The notes below the pieces were generated by a model. That model saw only the letters and a list, made by a program, of their open reading frames with translations, was not told where the DNA came from and did no database searches. A DNA stretch of 64,000 nucleotides, taken from positions 3,458 through 67,457 of the forward strand of contig CALVYK010000006.1 in NCBI GenBank assembly GCA_944372195.1, written 5' to 3'. Both the position numbers and the translations under genes were made by a program. Numbering within the stretch: position 1 is the stretch's first letter; the number at the start of each line of letters is the position of its first letter. Origin of the DNA: an uncultured Bacilli bacterium. GTDB lineage: Bacteria; Bacillota_I; Bacilli_A; RF39; UBA660. This document shows positions 37,811 through 46,247 of the stretch, piece by piece.

Positions 37811-37823
37811 TTTACCTCTTATT

Positions 37824-38183
37824 CTATTTCAAAATGTCGTTTTCTATTTCTGATTGAATATCTGCCTGTAAACCTTTTTCTAAAACTTTTTCATAAACAT
37901 CTTTAGGTTCAATATCATTTGGGTATAAAATATCTAATGCTATTTCTTGGGCTATAATCTTATACTCATTTTTGATACGTTCAAAAGTTTCATTTGGTTC
38001 TTCATAAAAATTATCAATAATATTATCATCCTTGTCTTTTTTAATAATTTCTAAAGCCCAAAGTAATTGACAAAATCTCAAATCCTTATATTTTTCAACT
38101 AAAGCAGTTAATAATTCTACTATTCTTTTATTATATGTATATCTATCTTCTTTAAGTTTTTCAAAATCCATGTCTATCTCCAT
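37824..38183 (-). CDS. Hypothetical protein
   Basis: Track ORF. Confidence 0.55.
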   Translation of the reverse strand: MEIDMDFEKLKEDRYTYNKRIVELLTALVEKYKDLRFCQLLWALEIIKKDKDDNIIDNFYEEPNETFERIKNEYKIIAQEIALDILYPNDIEPKDVYEKVLEKGLQADIQSEIENDILK

Positions 38184-38551
38184 CTTAAAAAACTATAAAA
38201 TTTAATATCATTCTTATCAAATTTTATTTTTAGATTTTTAAGTTCTTCATATACCTCATTTATTATATCTTGTAATTTACTAGGCGTAAGCTCTAAATTC
38301 CTAATTTCATCTAAATGTTCAAATTCATCTATTACTTTGCCTATAAAACTACACTCTTCACGTATGATATTAGATTCACAAATGTATTCATCATCCATAT
38401 AATCCTTGAATACAATATTTTGGTAATCATATATTTTACCGTCTTGTAAATCTATGATATAATCCTTATCATTTTTAGATTTATAGCATTTAATAAAGTT
38501 AATATCTTTTTTGATACCTACCATTACTAAAGCATTAATTTCTAGCACCAT
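38174..38551 (-). CDS. Hypothetical protein
   Basis: Track ORF. Confidence 0.55.
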   Translation of the reverse strand: MVLEINALVMVGIKKDINFIKCYKSKNDKDYIIDLQDGKIYDYQNIVFKDYMDDEYICESNIIREECSFIGKVIDEFEHLDEIRNLELTPSKLQDIINEVYEELKNLKIKFDKNDIKFYSFLRWR

Positions 38552-38581
38552 GAGTGTTATCTTTCGTATTTTACTTAGGGG

Positions 38582-39016
38582 TTATTTTTTGTTTAAAATA
38601 CATTTTTGTTCGTATATCTGCCACTGTTCTTTAGCTATATTTTCAGCTTCAGCTTTTGAAATATACGACCTACAATATATAAATTCATTATTATATATTT
38701 CTACGTCTTGTGATTTGCTTACATGTACTTGTTCAACACCACTGCCAGCAAATTTAATTTTACCATAATCTTGTACGTCTTTATCAATTGCAATGGCATA
38801 ATCCCAATGCTTTTTATAACACTGATTATCAGGAACTTTCATTTCATCTATTTTAAATGTTCTAACCATAAAGCCTTCGTCTTGTTTCCTAAAATCTTCT
38901 ATTCGTGAATTTTCTAATTCACAGAATTTATTTGCATAATCATAAGTAGAAAAAGCACCTTCAACTTGAAGTCTATTTCCTAAGTTAGACATAACTATAT
39001 AAATACTTTTATTCAT
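38582..39016 (-). CDS. Hypothetical protein
   Basis: Track ORF. Confidence 0.55.
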   Translation of the reverse strand: MNKSIYIVMSNLGNRLQVEGAFSTYDYANKFCELENSRIEDFRKQDEGFMVRTFKIDEMKVPDNQCYKKHWDYAIAIDKDVQDYGKIKFAGSGVEQVHVSKSQDVEIYNNEFIYCRSYISKAEAENIAKEQWQIYEQKCILNKK

Positions 39017-39290
39017 TTTTATCCTCTTCTTCTATATTTGAACTATTTACTCCATTTTTTAAAAAGCTTATATTCATATTTTTCATTCTATTTTCAGTTC
39101 TTTTTAATGGCATACATCTTTCTTCAAAGCCTAATTTAATAGTAGTAGTGCCACATTCTTTACTCTCAATGCTTACTACAGTTAAATCATAAGTATTACC
39201 ATATTCATAACAACTACTAACGTCTAAAACAATATCAGAATTTTTATCTTTTAAGCAATTTAATATTTCTTCTAATTTATTTACTTTCAT
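39009..39290 (-). CDS. Hypothetical protein
   Basis: Track ORF. Confidence 0.5.
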   Translation of the reverse strand: MKVNKLEEILNCLKDKNSDIVLDVSSCYEYGNTYDLTVVSIESKECGTTTIKLGFEERCMPLKRTENRMKNMNISFLKNGVNSSNIEEEDKNE

Positions 39291-39305
39291 TATTTCACCT
39301 TTACT

Positions 39306-39554
39306 TTAACCTTCTATTGTATTAATAGCATCTGTAATATCTTGTGGTAAAATAGCACCAAATAATCTTATTTCTTTATCGTTGCCTTCAATAATCAATG
39401 TTGGTACAGTCATAACACCTTTTTTTGTCAATTCTTCTGTATCAACATCTTCAATATATACAGTTTCAATATTTTCAATGTTCATATGTTTTAGCATTTT
39501 TTCTAAAAGCTTACATTTTACACAATGTTGACTAGCATATTTAGTTATTTTCAT
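39306..39554 (-). CDS. NrdH/glutaredoxin-like thioredoxin-fold protein
   Basis: About 80 aa with N-terminal CVKC (CxxC) and a cis-Pro-like TVPTL; lies in the nrd cluster. Confidence 0.65.
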   Translation of the reverse strand: MKITKYASQHCVKCKLLEKMLKHMNIENIETVYIEDVDTEELTKKGVMTVPTLIIEGNDKEIRLFGAILPQDITDAINTIEG

Positions 39555-39816
39555 TTTTAATCTCCTTAATTATATCTTTTAACATTTTAGCTAATTGGTC
39601 TGGGCAACTAGTGTTTTTACCGCCACATTTTATATTTTCTAGCTTATTTACAACATCTTCTATATTCATATCTATAATAAGACTAGTTATACCCTTGGCA
39701 TTGCCATTACATCCACCTAAGAATATAACATCTTTAATTTTATTGTTTTCAATAACTACTTGTATGTTTTTGCAACAAACATCTTTAGGTTTATAAGATT
39801 TAACTATTACTGTCAT
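39541..39816 (-). CDS. TSCPD-domain protein
   Basis: GGCNGNAKG ... CGGKNTSCPDQLAKML; this family is commonly found beside class III RNR genes. Confidence 0.65.
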   Translation of the reverse strand: MTVIVKSYKPKDVCCKNIQVVIENNKIKDVIFLGGCNGNAKGITSLIIDMNIEDVVNKLENIKCGGKNTSCPDQLAKMLKDIIKEIKNENN

Positions 39817-39817
39817 A

Positions 39818-40309
39818 TTAACTCCAACTATTATCTGAATTTTTTTTCCAAATTATTTGATTTTCAGTTGCTAACTTTATACCATAACAAATATTATTAT
39901 CTGTAGTAAGTTCAGGTTTATATTCGCCTGTTTTAACATAATCTACTCTATCCAGAATATCTTTAGGTATATTCCAAAAGTCATGTCTAGTGAATAAGAA
40001 AATAGGTTTTTTTACATTAGATTTAATTTCATTTAATAGCTCTTTTAAATCTAATGGATATTTTTTATAGGCGTCTACAGGGTCTCCGCCCACTATAATA
40101 ATTCTATCTATTATTTTGTCAAATTCTTTATTTAATATTTTTATTTTTTTAATAGCATCCTCTATATTAATCCCTGTAATATCCCAATTTTTAATCTCTG
40201 GATTACAGCAACCTTTACAAGAACCATTACAACCTATTGTAAAAATATCTAATGATTTTGTATTCATTGAGTATTCTATATGTGCTATTTGTAAATGTTT
40301 ATTCGTCAT
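39818..40309 (-). CDS. nrdG: Anaerobic ribonucleotide reductase activating protein (radical SAM)
   Basis: CNGSCKGCCNPE cluster, VGGDP; position next to nrdD. Confidence 0.8.
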   Translation of the reverse strand: MTNKHLQIAHIEYSMNTKSLDIFTIGCNGSCKGCCNPEIKNWDITGINIEDAIKKIKILNKEFDKIIDRIIIVGGDPVDAYKKYPLDLKELLNEIKSNVKKPIFLFTRHDFWNIPKDILDRVDYVKTGEYKPELTTDNNICYGIKLATENQIIWKKNSDNSWS

Positions 40310-40354
40310 AATATCATTTTACCTTAAAAATATTTTTTGTCAAGTATTTTTTTT

Positions 40355-40387
40355 AATTTAAAAGACCTTATATGAACTATAAGGTCT
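40355..40387 (-). terminator. Intrinsic terminator after nrdD
   Basis: 10-bp stem agaccttata 40363-40372 / tataaggtct 40378-40387, loop tgaac. Confidence 0.65.
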
Positions 40388-40408
40388 AATTATTATATTT
40401 TTTTAAAC

Positions 40409-43400
40409 TTAAAAATTATAATATTGCCTATCCTCTGCTTGTCTAGCATCAGACCAATCACTTTTCTTAGTTAAAAAGCCTACAACTCTCATATAACGGT
40501 CTATATCTGTGCTATTACAATTAGGACATTCTTTGGCTTTACCTACAAATATTTTATTGCAATTCTTACATTGATTTATTTCGTAATTAAATGCAAAATA
40601 TTTTACTCCAGATTCTATTATATTTTTAGTTAATTCTTTCATTGTATCTAAAGAGATTTTATTATCAACAGTAATATGCATTATGCTACCGCCAGAGCAG
40701 TATTTATCCATTGAACTAGATAATAGAATACGGTCTAATAAATTACAGGATTTTGAAAGGGGTATAAATTGATTAGAATACATAGTATAATCATTATTAT
40801 ACCCTAATATTTTATCCTTTGCAGCAAGCTTAACACAAGTATTTTCCCCTGGAATACCCTCTAGGTTACAAGGAATTTTATATTGTTGTGCAAATTCATT
40901 ATTATATTGTTCCATAGTTGACAAGATGTCAGTTGCAACCTTCAAACCATCTTCATTTACAATATCATAACCTAAAATTTCACAAGCTTCATATATACCT
41001 ATAAAACCTAAAGTGCTAAATTGTTTAGTTAAATCCATATAATCATTAGAATAAAGTGGTAAATGACCTTTTTTAATACTTGCCTTTAACAAACATCTTT
41101 TTGCGTAATTTATATCTTGCGCCAAATCTACCAAAGTTTTAAGTTCAATTTTAAAGTTGTCTAAACTATCTTTATTTTTATATGCTAATTGTGGTAAATT
41201 GATACAAACTACACCTGAACTACCTATAGAATCACTAGCACCACCAAAAGAATTAAAAAATTTGTTAGAAGCGTCACTGCGCAAGCGGCAGTTTGACAAA
41301 TGTATACCATTGGGGAGAGTAAAATAATGGTCTTCTTCATCCGCCATTTCCATGCAATATACAAATTCTTTGTTGTAATCTTTTATTTGTTCTATAGAAT
41401 TTACTTTAATAAATAGTTGGTTATGTTTTACTTTTAATATATTTTCAATTTTTTTATGTCTATTAAACATAAAACGTATATGATAAATAAGGTTATTACG
41501 TTTATGTTCTTGCCCACGTATTACTATAGGTTCATCAACTCTAGTATCAACAGATATATTGCAAAATCCTCCTAACGAAACTATTAAGCACTCTATTGAT
41601 TTCATTAAAGCTTCTGAAGAAGTATAAACTATATTATATTCAGAATGACCGTCTGTTGCATGCAATCCATCTAAAATGCCTTTTCTAAATTCCTCTGTTT
41701 GACAAAGAACATTTAAATTAAGGTTTTTATTTTCAGCATGCCCTGTTATACACCAGCGTTCAATAAAATCACCTATTTCTACCCCATTAACCTTAGCAAA
41801 TACAACATTATTAACTGATGGGTTAATACGCAATGTCCTTTCGGGCGCAATTTGGCGTATAGCTTCTTTTAGTATAGACTCTAATTTAACAACTTTTTTA
41901 TCGTTTAAAGACAATGTTAATTCACAACCATTGTTATCTTTTCTGCGATATATATTTCCATCGCCTAAATATGCACCAACTAATACACCTTGTTCATATG
42001 TTAATCTTTCATCTCTTTCAGTAATAACTGGAAGAGTCAAAGTGCTCATTAATAGATAGTCAGTATCTTTTAGCTCATCAGCACGAATTTCACCCCTATC
42101 TGTTAAAAGCATGTGGTCTTCAGTGCAGATAAAGTGTTGATGTTTAACAGTATTGATATTAAACATTTTTTTATTTCCACGAGGAACTTTAATAACTCTA
42201 GCAGAAGACCAAGCACCATTATTCATGACTTTAAGATTTGGTCTATTTATAGTTAGTTCACTCATTAAGTCGATAAAAGAGATTAAACGAACACCATTTT
42301 TACTATCTTTTACTAATACTTCTTGTTCACCATCAAAACAGCAAGAACTTAGTATACTTGTATCTCCACCAAAAATATTAATAAAACCACGTGCTTCATT
42401 CTTTTTACAAATAAAATCTAAAAAGTCTTTATCTTGTATAATGGTTTTACCTGTTTCTTCATCAACTTTAGTAGAAAAACAAGCGGTTGTAACTGGGAAT
42501 GTGTGTACCGTTCTTTCAGCCTCTTCATTCATAATGTCTAAATATATTTCTTGAACTTTATTAACAGTATCTATATCGGTACCATATCTTTTACCATCAA
42601 TAATTAATTCTGTTTCAGCTATAATATTTTCTAAAAAGTATTTATCAAATATACTTACATTAGTAAATAAACTTTGATTTCCTCTGCAAGCTTGATTTAC
42701 TCTATATATGAAAGATGTTAATTCTTCTTTAAAATGAGTCCAACAATCATCTTCTGATTCTAAATGTGTATGTGAGTCTGTAAAATCATTTTGTATCATT
42801 TTTTTGAGAAATACACTAGCCACTACCAACAAATTAGATATACCTGTAGCACCAGCAGTAGCATTTCCAGCTATTAAAAGATATGCTTCTATAATATCAA
42901 AATAACTTCTTAAATATTTAGGTGGAAGTGTATCATTAGTATCAATACCCACTAGCCCTTGCATAGCTATATTAAGACAAGAATGATTATAACAATAACT
43001 CATAGGATATGAAATATAATGCATGTCATTAACATAAAAGGCACCAGATATTTGATATTCTATAAAATTATTGGCTTTTTCTAAACTTCTATTTTTTTTA
43101 AGCCATTTCCATATTCTATAGTATGATTGCATTAGGGCATGAGGTTTAGCAATTTCGTGCATAATAGTTATAGCTGTTGTTTTACCTGCATTAGCATTAC
43201 TATCAATAGAGCCATTTGCCACACTATTAGCATTAACCATTCTCTTAATAGCTTTATTAATATCTAACTGTTCACCAATTCCATTTAAATTGAATATGTC
43301 AACATCATATTTATCTAACATTTTTAACATGAAGTCTTTAAATTCTTTTTGATAAGATTGAGATTTAATATAGTTTTCAATTAAAATTTTATTGTTAAGT

Positions 43401-43414
43401 TTTAAATTTTCCAT
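40409..43414 (-). CDS. nrdD: Anaerobic (class III) ribonucleoside-triphosphate reductase, interrupted by an in-frame intein
   Basis: Start moved to MENLKLNN (ATG 43414, RBS aaaaagga) because the promoter lies inside the track ORF. The C-terminus has CKNCN..CPNC and a glycyl-radical-like RVVGFL. The active-site SSCCRL motif is split by the intein. Confidence 0.9.
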   Translation of the reverse strand: MENLKLNNKILIENYIKSQSYQKEFKDFMLKMLDKYDVDIFNLNGIGEQLDINKAIKRMVNANSVANGSIDSNANAGKTTAITIMHEIAKPHALMQSYYRIWKWLKKNRSLEKANNFIEYQISGAFYVNDMHYISYPMSYCYNHSCLNIAMQGLVGIDTNDTLPPKYLRSYFDIIEAYLLIAGNATAGATGISNLLVVASVFLKKMIQNDFTDSHTHLESEDDCWTHFKEELTSFIYRVNQACRGNQSLFTNVSIFDKYFLENIIAETELIIDGKRYGTDIDTVNKVQEIYLDIMNEEAERTVHTFPVTTACFSTKVDEETGKTIIQDKDFLDFICKKNEARGFINIFGGDTSILSSCCFDGEQEVLVKDSKNGVRLISFIDLMSELTINRPNLKVMNNGAWSSARVIKVPRGNKKMFNINTVKHQHFICTEDHMLLTDRGEIRADELKDTDYLLMSTLTLPVITERDERLTYEQGVLVGAYLGDGNIYRRKDNNGCELTLSLNDKKVVKLESILKEAIRQIAPERTLRINPSVNNVVFAKVNGVEIGDFIERWCITGHAENKNLNLNVLCQTEEFRKGILDGLHATDGHSEYNIVYTSSEALMKSIECLIVSLGGFCNISVDTRVDEPIVIRGQEHKRNNLIYHIRFMFNRHKKIENILKVKHNQLFIKVNSIEQIKDYNKEFVYCMEMADEEDHYFTLPNGIHLSNCRLRSDASNKFFNSFGGASDSIGSSGVVCINLPQLAYKNKDSLDNFKIELKTLVDLAQDINYAKRCLLKASIKKGHLPLYSNDYMDLTKQFSTLGFIGIYEACEILGYDIVNEDGLKVATDILSTMEQYNNEFAQQYKIPCNLEGIPGENTCVKLAAKDKILGYNNDYTMYSNQFIPLSKSCNLLDRILLSSSMDKYCSGGSIMHITVDNKISLDTMKELTKNIIESGVKYFAFNYEINQCKNCNKIFVGKAKECPNCNSTDIDRYMRVVGFLTKKSDWSDARQAEDRQYYNF
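41291..42340 (-). mobile_element. Intein (350 aa) with LAGLIDADG homing-endonuclease domain in NrdD
   Basis: Begins CFDGEQEVLV and ends HLSN, followed by +1 Cys. Excision restores LSSC-CRLRSD. Two LAGLIDADG motifs are present: LVGAYLGDGNI and ILDGLHATDGH. Confidence 0.9.
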
Positions 43415-43443
43415 TCTTACATCCTTTTTTAAACTATATACAC

Positions 43444-43471
43444 ATAATATCATATAAAAATTATTTGTCAA
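43444..43471 (-). promoter_or_regulatory. Promoter TTGACA-N16-TGaTATTAT for nrdD
   Basis: -35 at 43466-43471, -10 at 43444-43449. Confidence 0.65.
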
Positions 43472-43478
43472 GCAGTCT

Positions 43479-43509
43479 AAAAAAGGGGTAACACAACAAA
43501 GTGAACCCC
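43479..43509 (-). terminator. Possible terminator
   Basis: Stem ggggt 43485-43489 / acccc 43505-43509, 15-nt loop, T-run on the minus strand. Confidence 0.4.
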
Positions 43510-43537
43510 ATATAATAATAGGATTTATCCTACCTAT

Positions 43538-43837
43538 TTATTTTTTTTTGTTTTTAGGTTTTAACTGTTCATTAACATTGATATTATTATCTTCTAATGT
43601 TTTTATATTTAGAAATCTTTCAGTTAAATCTTTTACTAAATTATCTAGGTTATTAACATTTTCATTTAAAGAAATAATACTTAAAAATTTTTCAGTTAAA
43701 TCTTGAACAGCAAATTCTAAATTATTAATTTTTTCTACAATTTCGTTAAAGTTATTATCTTTTGTAATATCAAAAGATCCACACTCACAATTAGTAGAAG
43801 TTTTTTTAATTTTTAATTTGTCGACATGTTTACCCAT
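43538..43837 (-). CDS. MGKHV-family coiled-coil protein
   Basis: Shares the N-terminus MGKHV.K with CDS 43875-44246; internal repeat NL(E/D)..V(Q/K)DLTE(K/R)FL.I. Confidence 0.6.
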   Translation of the reverse strand: MGKHVDKLKIKKTSTNCECGSFDITKDNNFNEIVEKINNLEFAVQDLTEKFLSIISLNENVNNLDNLVKDLTERFLNIKTLEDNNINVNEQLKPKNKKK

Positions 43838-43874
43838 TATAGTTCCTTTTTAGCTTTTTTTTAAATAATTTATA

Positions 43875-44246
43875 TTATGAACTAGGAGATTCTAATGCAT
43901 CAACTCTAGTTTTAAGGGTTGATATTTCACCATCTATAGCAGTATCTTTTTCTGCCAATTCAGTATCTTTAGCTTTTAATGTAGAGATTTCACCTTCTAT
44001 AGTAGTATCTTTTTGTTGTAAACTTGAAATAGAAGTATCTTGTGTAGTATTCTTTTGTTCAATACTGGTTATTTTTCCTTCTATAGTAGTATCTTTAGTT
44101 TTTAATGCTGATATTTCACCATCTATAGCGGTATCTTTTTGTTGAAGAGTTCTTATTTCTTCGCTTAAATCTGTACCGCCACCTTCTAATGTATTAACTT
44201 TTTCTTCTAATCTTTTAAATAAAATTTTACCAACGTGTTTGCCCAT
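43875..44246 (-). CDS. MGKHV-family protein with tandem KDT.I(D/E)GEIS.LK repeats
   Basis: At least 6 repeats of ~12-13 aa, visible also as DNA repeats. Confidence 0.6.
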   Translation of the reverse strand: MGKHVGKILFKRLEEKVNTLEGGGTDLSEEIRTLQQKDTAIDGEISALKTKDTTIEGKITSIEQKNTTQDTSISSLQQKDTTIEGEISTLKAKDTELAEKDTAIDGEISTLKTRVDALESPSS

Positions 44247-44268
44247 TTTAATTCCTCTTTAAAATTGC

Positions 44269-44892
44269 CTATTCATTTTCAATTTCTTGTTTAATTCTAT
44301 TAACTGCTTTTCTATATAAAAACCCTACATTCTGCAAAGAACATTGTTTTTCATTAGCTATTTCTTTACGAGTTTTTTTCATAGAACCAAAAAAACCATG
44401 CTCTTCTATTATAGTATTAAATTGTTTATCTGTTATCTTTTTTTCTTTATTTAATTTTAATAAAGTAGATTTAATTTTGCTTAAAGCGTTTTTATCGTCT
44501 ATTTTTGACTCTACATCTTCGGGTTTAGCCATTATTATCTCATCTATTTCTATATCATAGATATTATTTAAGTGGCTCATTTGCTTTTTATTATATCTTT
44601 TTAATTCATAACAACACGCCCTACTAAAATAAGTAGAAAATTTTATTTTTTTTGTAGTATCAAATTTTTTGATACATTGCATAAAAATTAATCCTGCCTC
44701 TTGTATTAAATCTTCACGCATAAATGGTAATACAATATGCTTAGACTCTAATATGCTAAGCATTTTATATATAAGTCTGCTGACATTCTTATATAACTTT
44801 TCTGCAATTTCTTTTTTAATCTTTTCATTCTTTTCGTTTTGATAAGCAAAAATTAATTCTTCATTACTAATTTTATTTTTCAACTGGGGCAT
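44269..44892 (-). CDS. Sigma-70-family RNA polymerase sigma factor
   Basis: Region 2-like DLIQEAGLIFMQCIKKFD and region 4 HTH RKEIANEKQCSLQNVGFLYRKAVNRIK. Confidence 0.75.
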   Translation of the reverse strand: MPQLKNKISNEELIFAYQNEKNEKIKKEIAEKLYKNVSRLIYKMLSILESKHIVLPFMREDLIQEAGLIFMQCIKKFDTTKKIKFSTYFSRACCYELKRYNKKQMSHLNNIYDIEIDEIIMAKPEDVESKIDDKNALSKIKSTLLKLNKEKKITDKQFNTIIEEHGFFGSMKKTRKEIANEKQCSLQNVGFLYRKAVNRIKQEIENE

Positions 44893-44933
44893 AACTGAAC
44901 CTTTTTTTATTCTACCATAACATTTACCCTGTC

Positions 44934-45476
44934 CTAAATGTTTTTATGAATATTAGCTGTACAATTGTTGTCTATATATTGCTTAATTTCTTCCCAAGAT
45001 ACTGGTTCATATTCCCAGCAATCTACACCTACATCTGTTGATAAACAATAATCATTAAGTTTAGCATGAGTGTGTCCATGTAGTGCATATCCACCTTTAT
45101 AAAAATTATACCATTCTAATAGAGGATAATGCGTTAAATGTATTGTATCACTTCCAATATTAAGAATTTTACTTTCTCTAACATCCAATAATAACCCTTC
45201 TTTTTGACATTTTATAAGATGTTGTTTATTATCATGATTTCCTAATATATATGACTTACGACCATTTAACTGCTTAAAAATATTTTTATAGTTTTCATAG
45301 CTTTGGTTCCAAGCTAAATCACCTAAAAAATATACTACATCTTCTTTTTTAACTAATTTATTATATCTATCAATAATATCCTCATCCATATATTCTATAG
45401 AACTATATGGACGATTAGATAATTTTATTATATTTTTATGACCGAAGTGTTGGTCTGATGTAAACCATATTGTCAT
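44934..45476 (-). CDS. Metallophosphoesterase (YfcE/MJ0936-like)
   Basis: FTSDQHFGH, FLGDLAW, GNHDN, LTHYP, HGHTH. Confidence 0.8.
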   Translation of the reverse strand: MTIWFTSDQHFGHKNIIKLSNRPYSSIEYMDEDIIDRYNKLVKKEDVVYFLGDLAWNQSYENYKNIFKQLNGRKSYILGNHDNKQHLIKCQKEGLLLDVRESKILNIGSDTIHLTHYPLLEWYNFYKGGYALHGHTHAKLNDYCLSTDVGVDCWEYEPVSWEEIKQYIDNNCTANIHKNI

Positions 45477-45502
45477 TTATTTTGTGAACTTTCTGTTTAA
45501 AA

Positions 45503-45574
45503 TTGCGGTGAGTGGACTTGAACCACTGACCTTTGGGGTATGAACCCAACAAGCTACCACTGCTCTACACCGCT
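45503..45574 (-). tRNA. tRNA-Met (CAT) with initiator-like features
   Basis: Anticodon arm TTGGG-TTCATAC-CCCAA (three G:C pairs next to the loop), A1xA72 mismatch, T arm AGTGG-TTCAAGT-CCACT. Confidence 0.75.
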
Positions 45575-45605
45575 ATGTATGTAACTGTATTATTATAATA
45601 AGGTG

Positions 45606-45907
45606 AAAAATATTGTCGACTTGTGAGACTTGCACTCATTTTTCCCTTACCCTAAAGGGTGTTTTACTATATAAACTATCAGTCGTTAGTAGATGCTTAT
45701 AATGTATGGTGCCGAATACTTCGGCATATATGGTTTTACCATCCAACCATAAAGGGATTCCACATTCATTTAGCCTATTTCAACCACAGACTTTGCAATC
45801 ATATTTATCCTAGTGCTCTATAGGTTTAGTATACATATTAACTATAGGTTGCTAAACATATCTAATTAAGCGTTAATTAGAAAACCGTTCTTATTTCAGC
45901 TCACAAG
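45606..45907 (-). ncRNA. Unclassified ~290-nt structured RNA
   Basis: No ORF and locally GC-richer. An 8-bp terminal helix forms between 45900-45907 and 45620-45627, followed by a T-run. Perfect hairpins lie at 45862-45880, 45730-45742, 45710-45726 and 45649-45660. A T-arm-like TGAG-TGCAAGT-CTCA lies near the 3' end. Confidence 0.55.
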
Positions 45908-45975
45908 AAATATTATACTGTAAATTCTGATGTAGTTTGTACTAGATATAATTATTATATATCAAACTTCTAAAA

Positions 45976-46064
45976 TGGGTGGACAGACAGGGCTTGAACC
46001 TGCACTTACTTAGTGTAAATCGGAGTCACAATCCGAAGCGTCTACCAATTTCGCCACTGCCCAC
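45976..46064 (-). tRNA. tRNA-His (GTG) with class II (long variable arm) Leu-like body
   Basis: G-1, acceptor TGGGCAG/CTGTCCA, C73, encoded CCA. D arm GCG-AAATTGGTAGA-CGC, anticodon arm TCGGA-TTGTGAC-TCCGA, variable arm T-TTAC-ACTAA-GTAA-GT, T arm GCAGG-TTCAAGC-CCTGT. Confidence 0.65.
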
Positions 46065-46069
46065 ATAAA

Positions 46070-46158
46070 TGGAGGAAGGCATTGGACTTGCACCAAACCC
46101 ACGTAAATGAGCGTCAGTCTTAGCAGGACGACCCAGTACCTTGACTGGTTTACCTTCC
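46070..46158 (-). tRNA. tRNA-Ser (GCT)-like, non-canonical
   Basis: Acceptor GGAAGGT/GCCTTCC, encoded CCA, loop CTGCTAA, long variable arm. However, the anticodon stem has a bulged T and the T loop reads TGCAAGT (G at position 55). Confidence 0.55.
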
Positions 46159-46163
46159 ATTAA

Positions 46164-46240
46164 TGGCTGGCAGAGTGAGAATCGAACTCACAAAATACCT
46201 TGATTAACAGTCAAGTGCGTTACCATTTCGCCATCTGCCA
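46164..46240 (-). tRNA. tRNA-Asn (GTT)
   Basis: Acceptor TGGCAGA/TCTGCCA, G73, encoded CCA, anticodon arm CTTGA-CTGTTAA-TCAAG, T arm GTGAG-TTCGATT-CTCAC. Confidence 0.75.
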
Positions 46241-46247
46241 ATGAATT

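Noticed and set aside
40310-40343. Possible leaderless nrdG mRNA (TTGACA 40338-40343, TAAAAT 40316-40321, ATG 40309)
   Set aside because: The -10 box is weak, and read-through from nrdD would supply the AAGG RBS. This cannot be decided from sequence alone.
43415-43471. N-terminal 19 codons of the track nrdD ORF. Similar extensions occur at 604-1023, 4099-4434, 4481-4717, 6509-6751, 8207-8410, 25284-25739, 34921-35289, 48787-49158 and 49165-49785
   Set aside because: The extensions run through the gene's own -35/-10 boxes or start at non-ATG codons without an RBS. A downstream ATG with a GGAGG-like RBS is preferred.
45606-45917. Interpreting the structured RNA as the tmRNA, as a tRNA gene with a group I intron, or as RNase P / SRP / 6S RNA
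   Set aside because: A complete tmRNA is found at 46652-46946. The flanks contain no tRNA exon halves or any interrupted ORF. The conserved boxes of RNase P (AGGAAAGTCC), SRP helix 8 and the 6S long bulged duplex were not seen. It is left unclassified.
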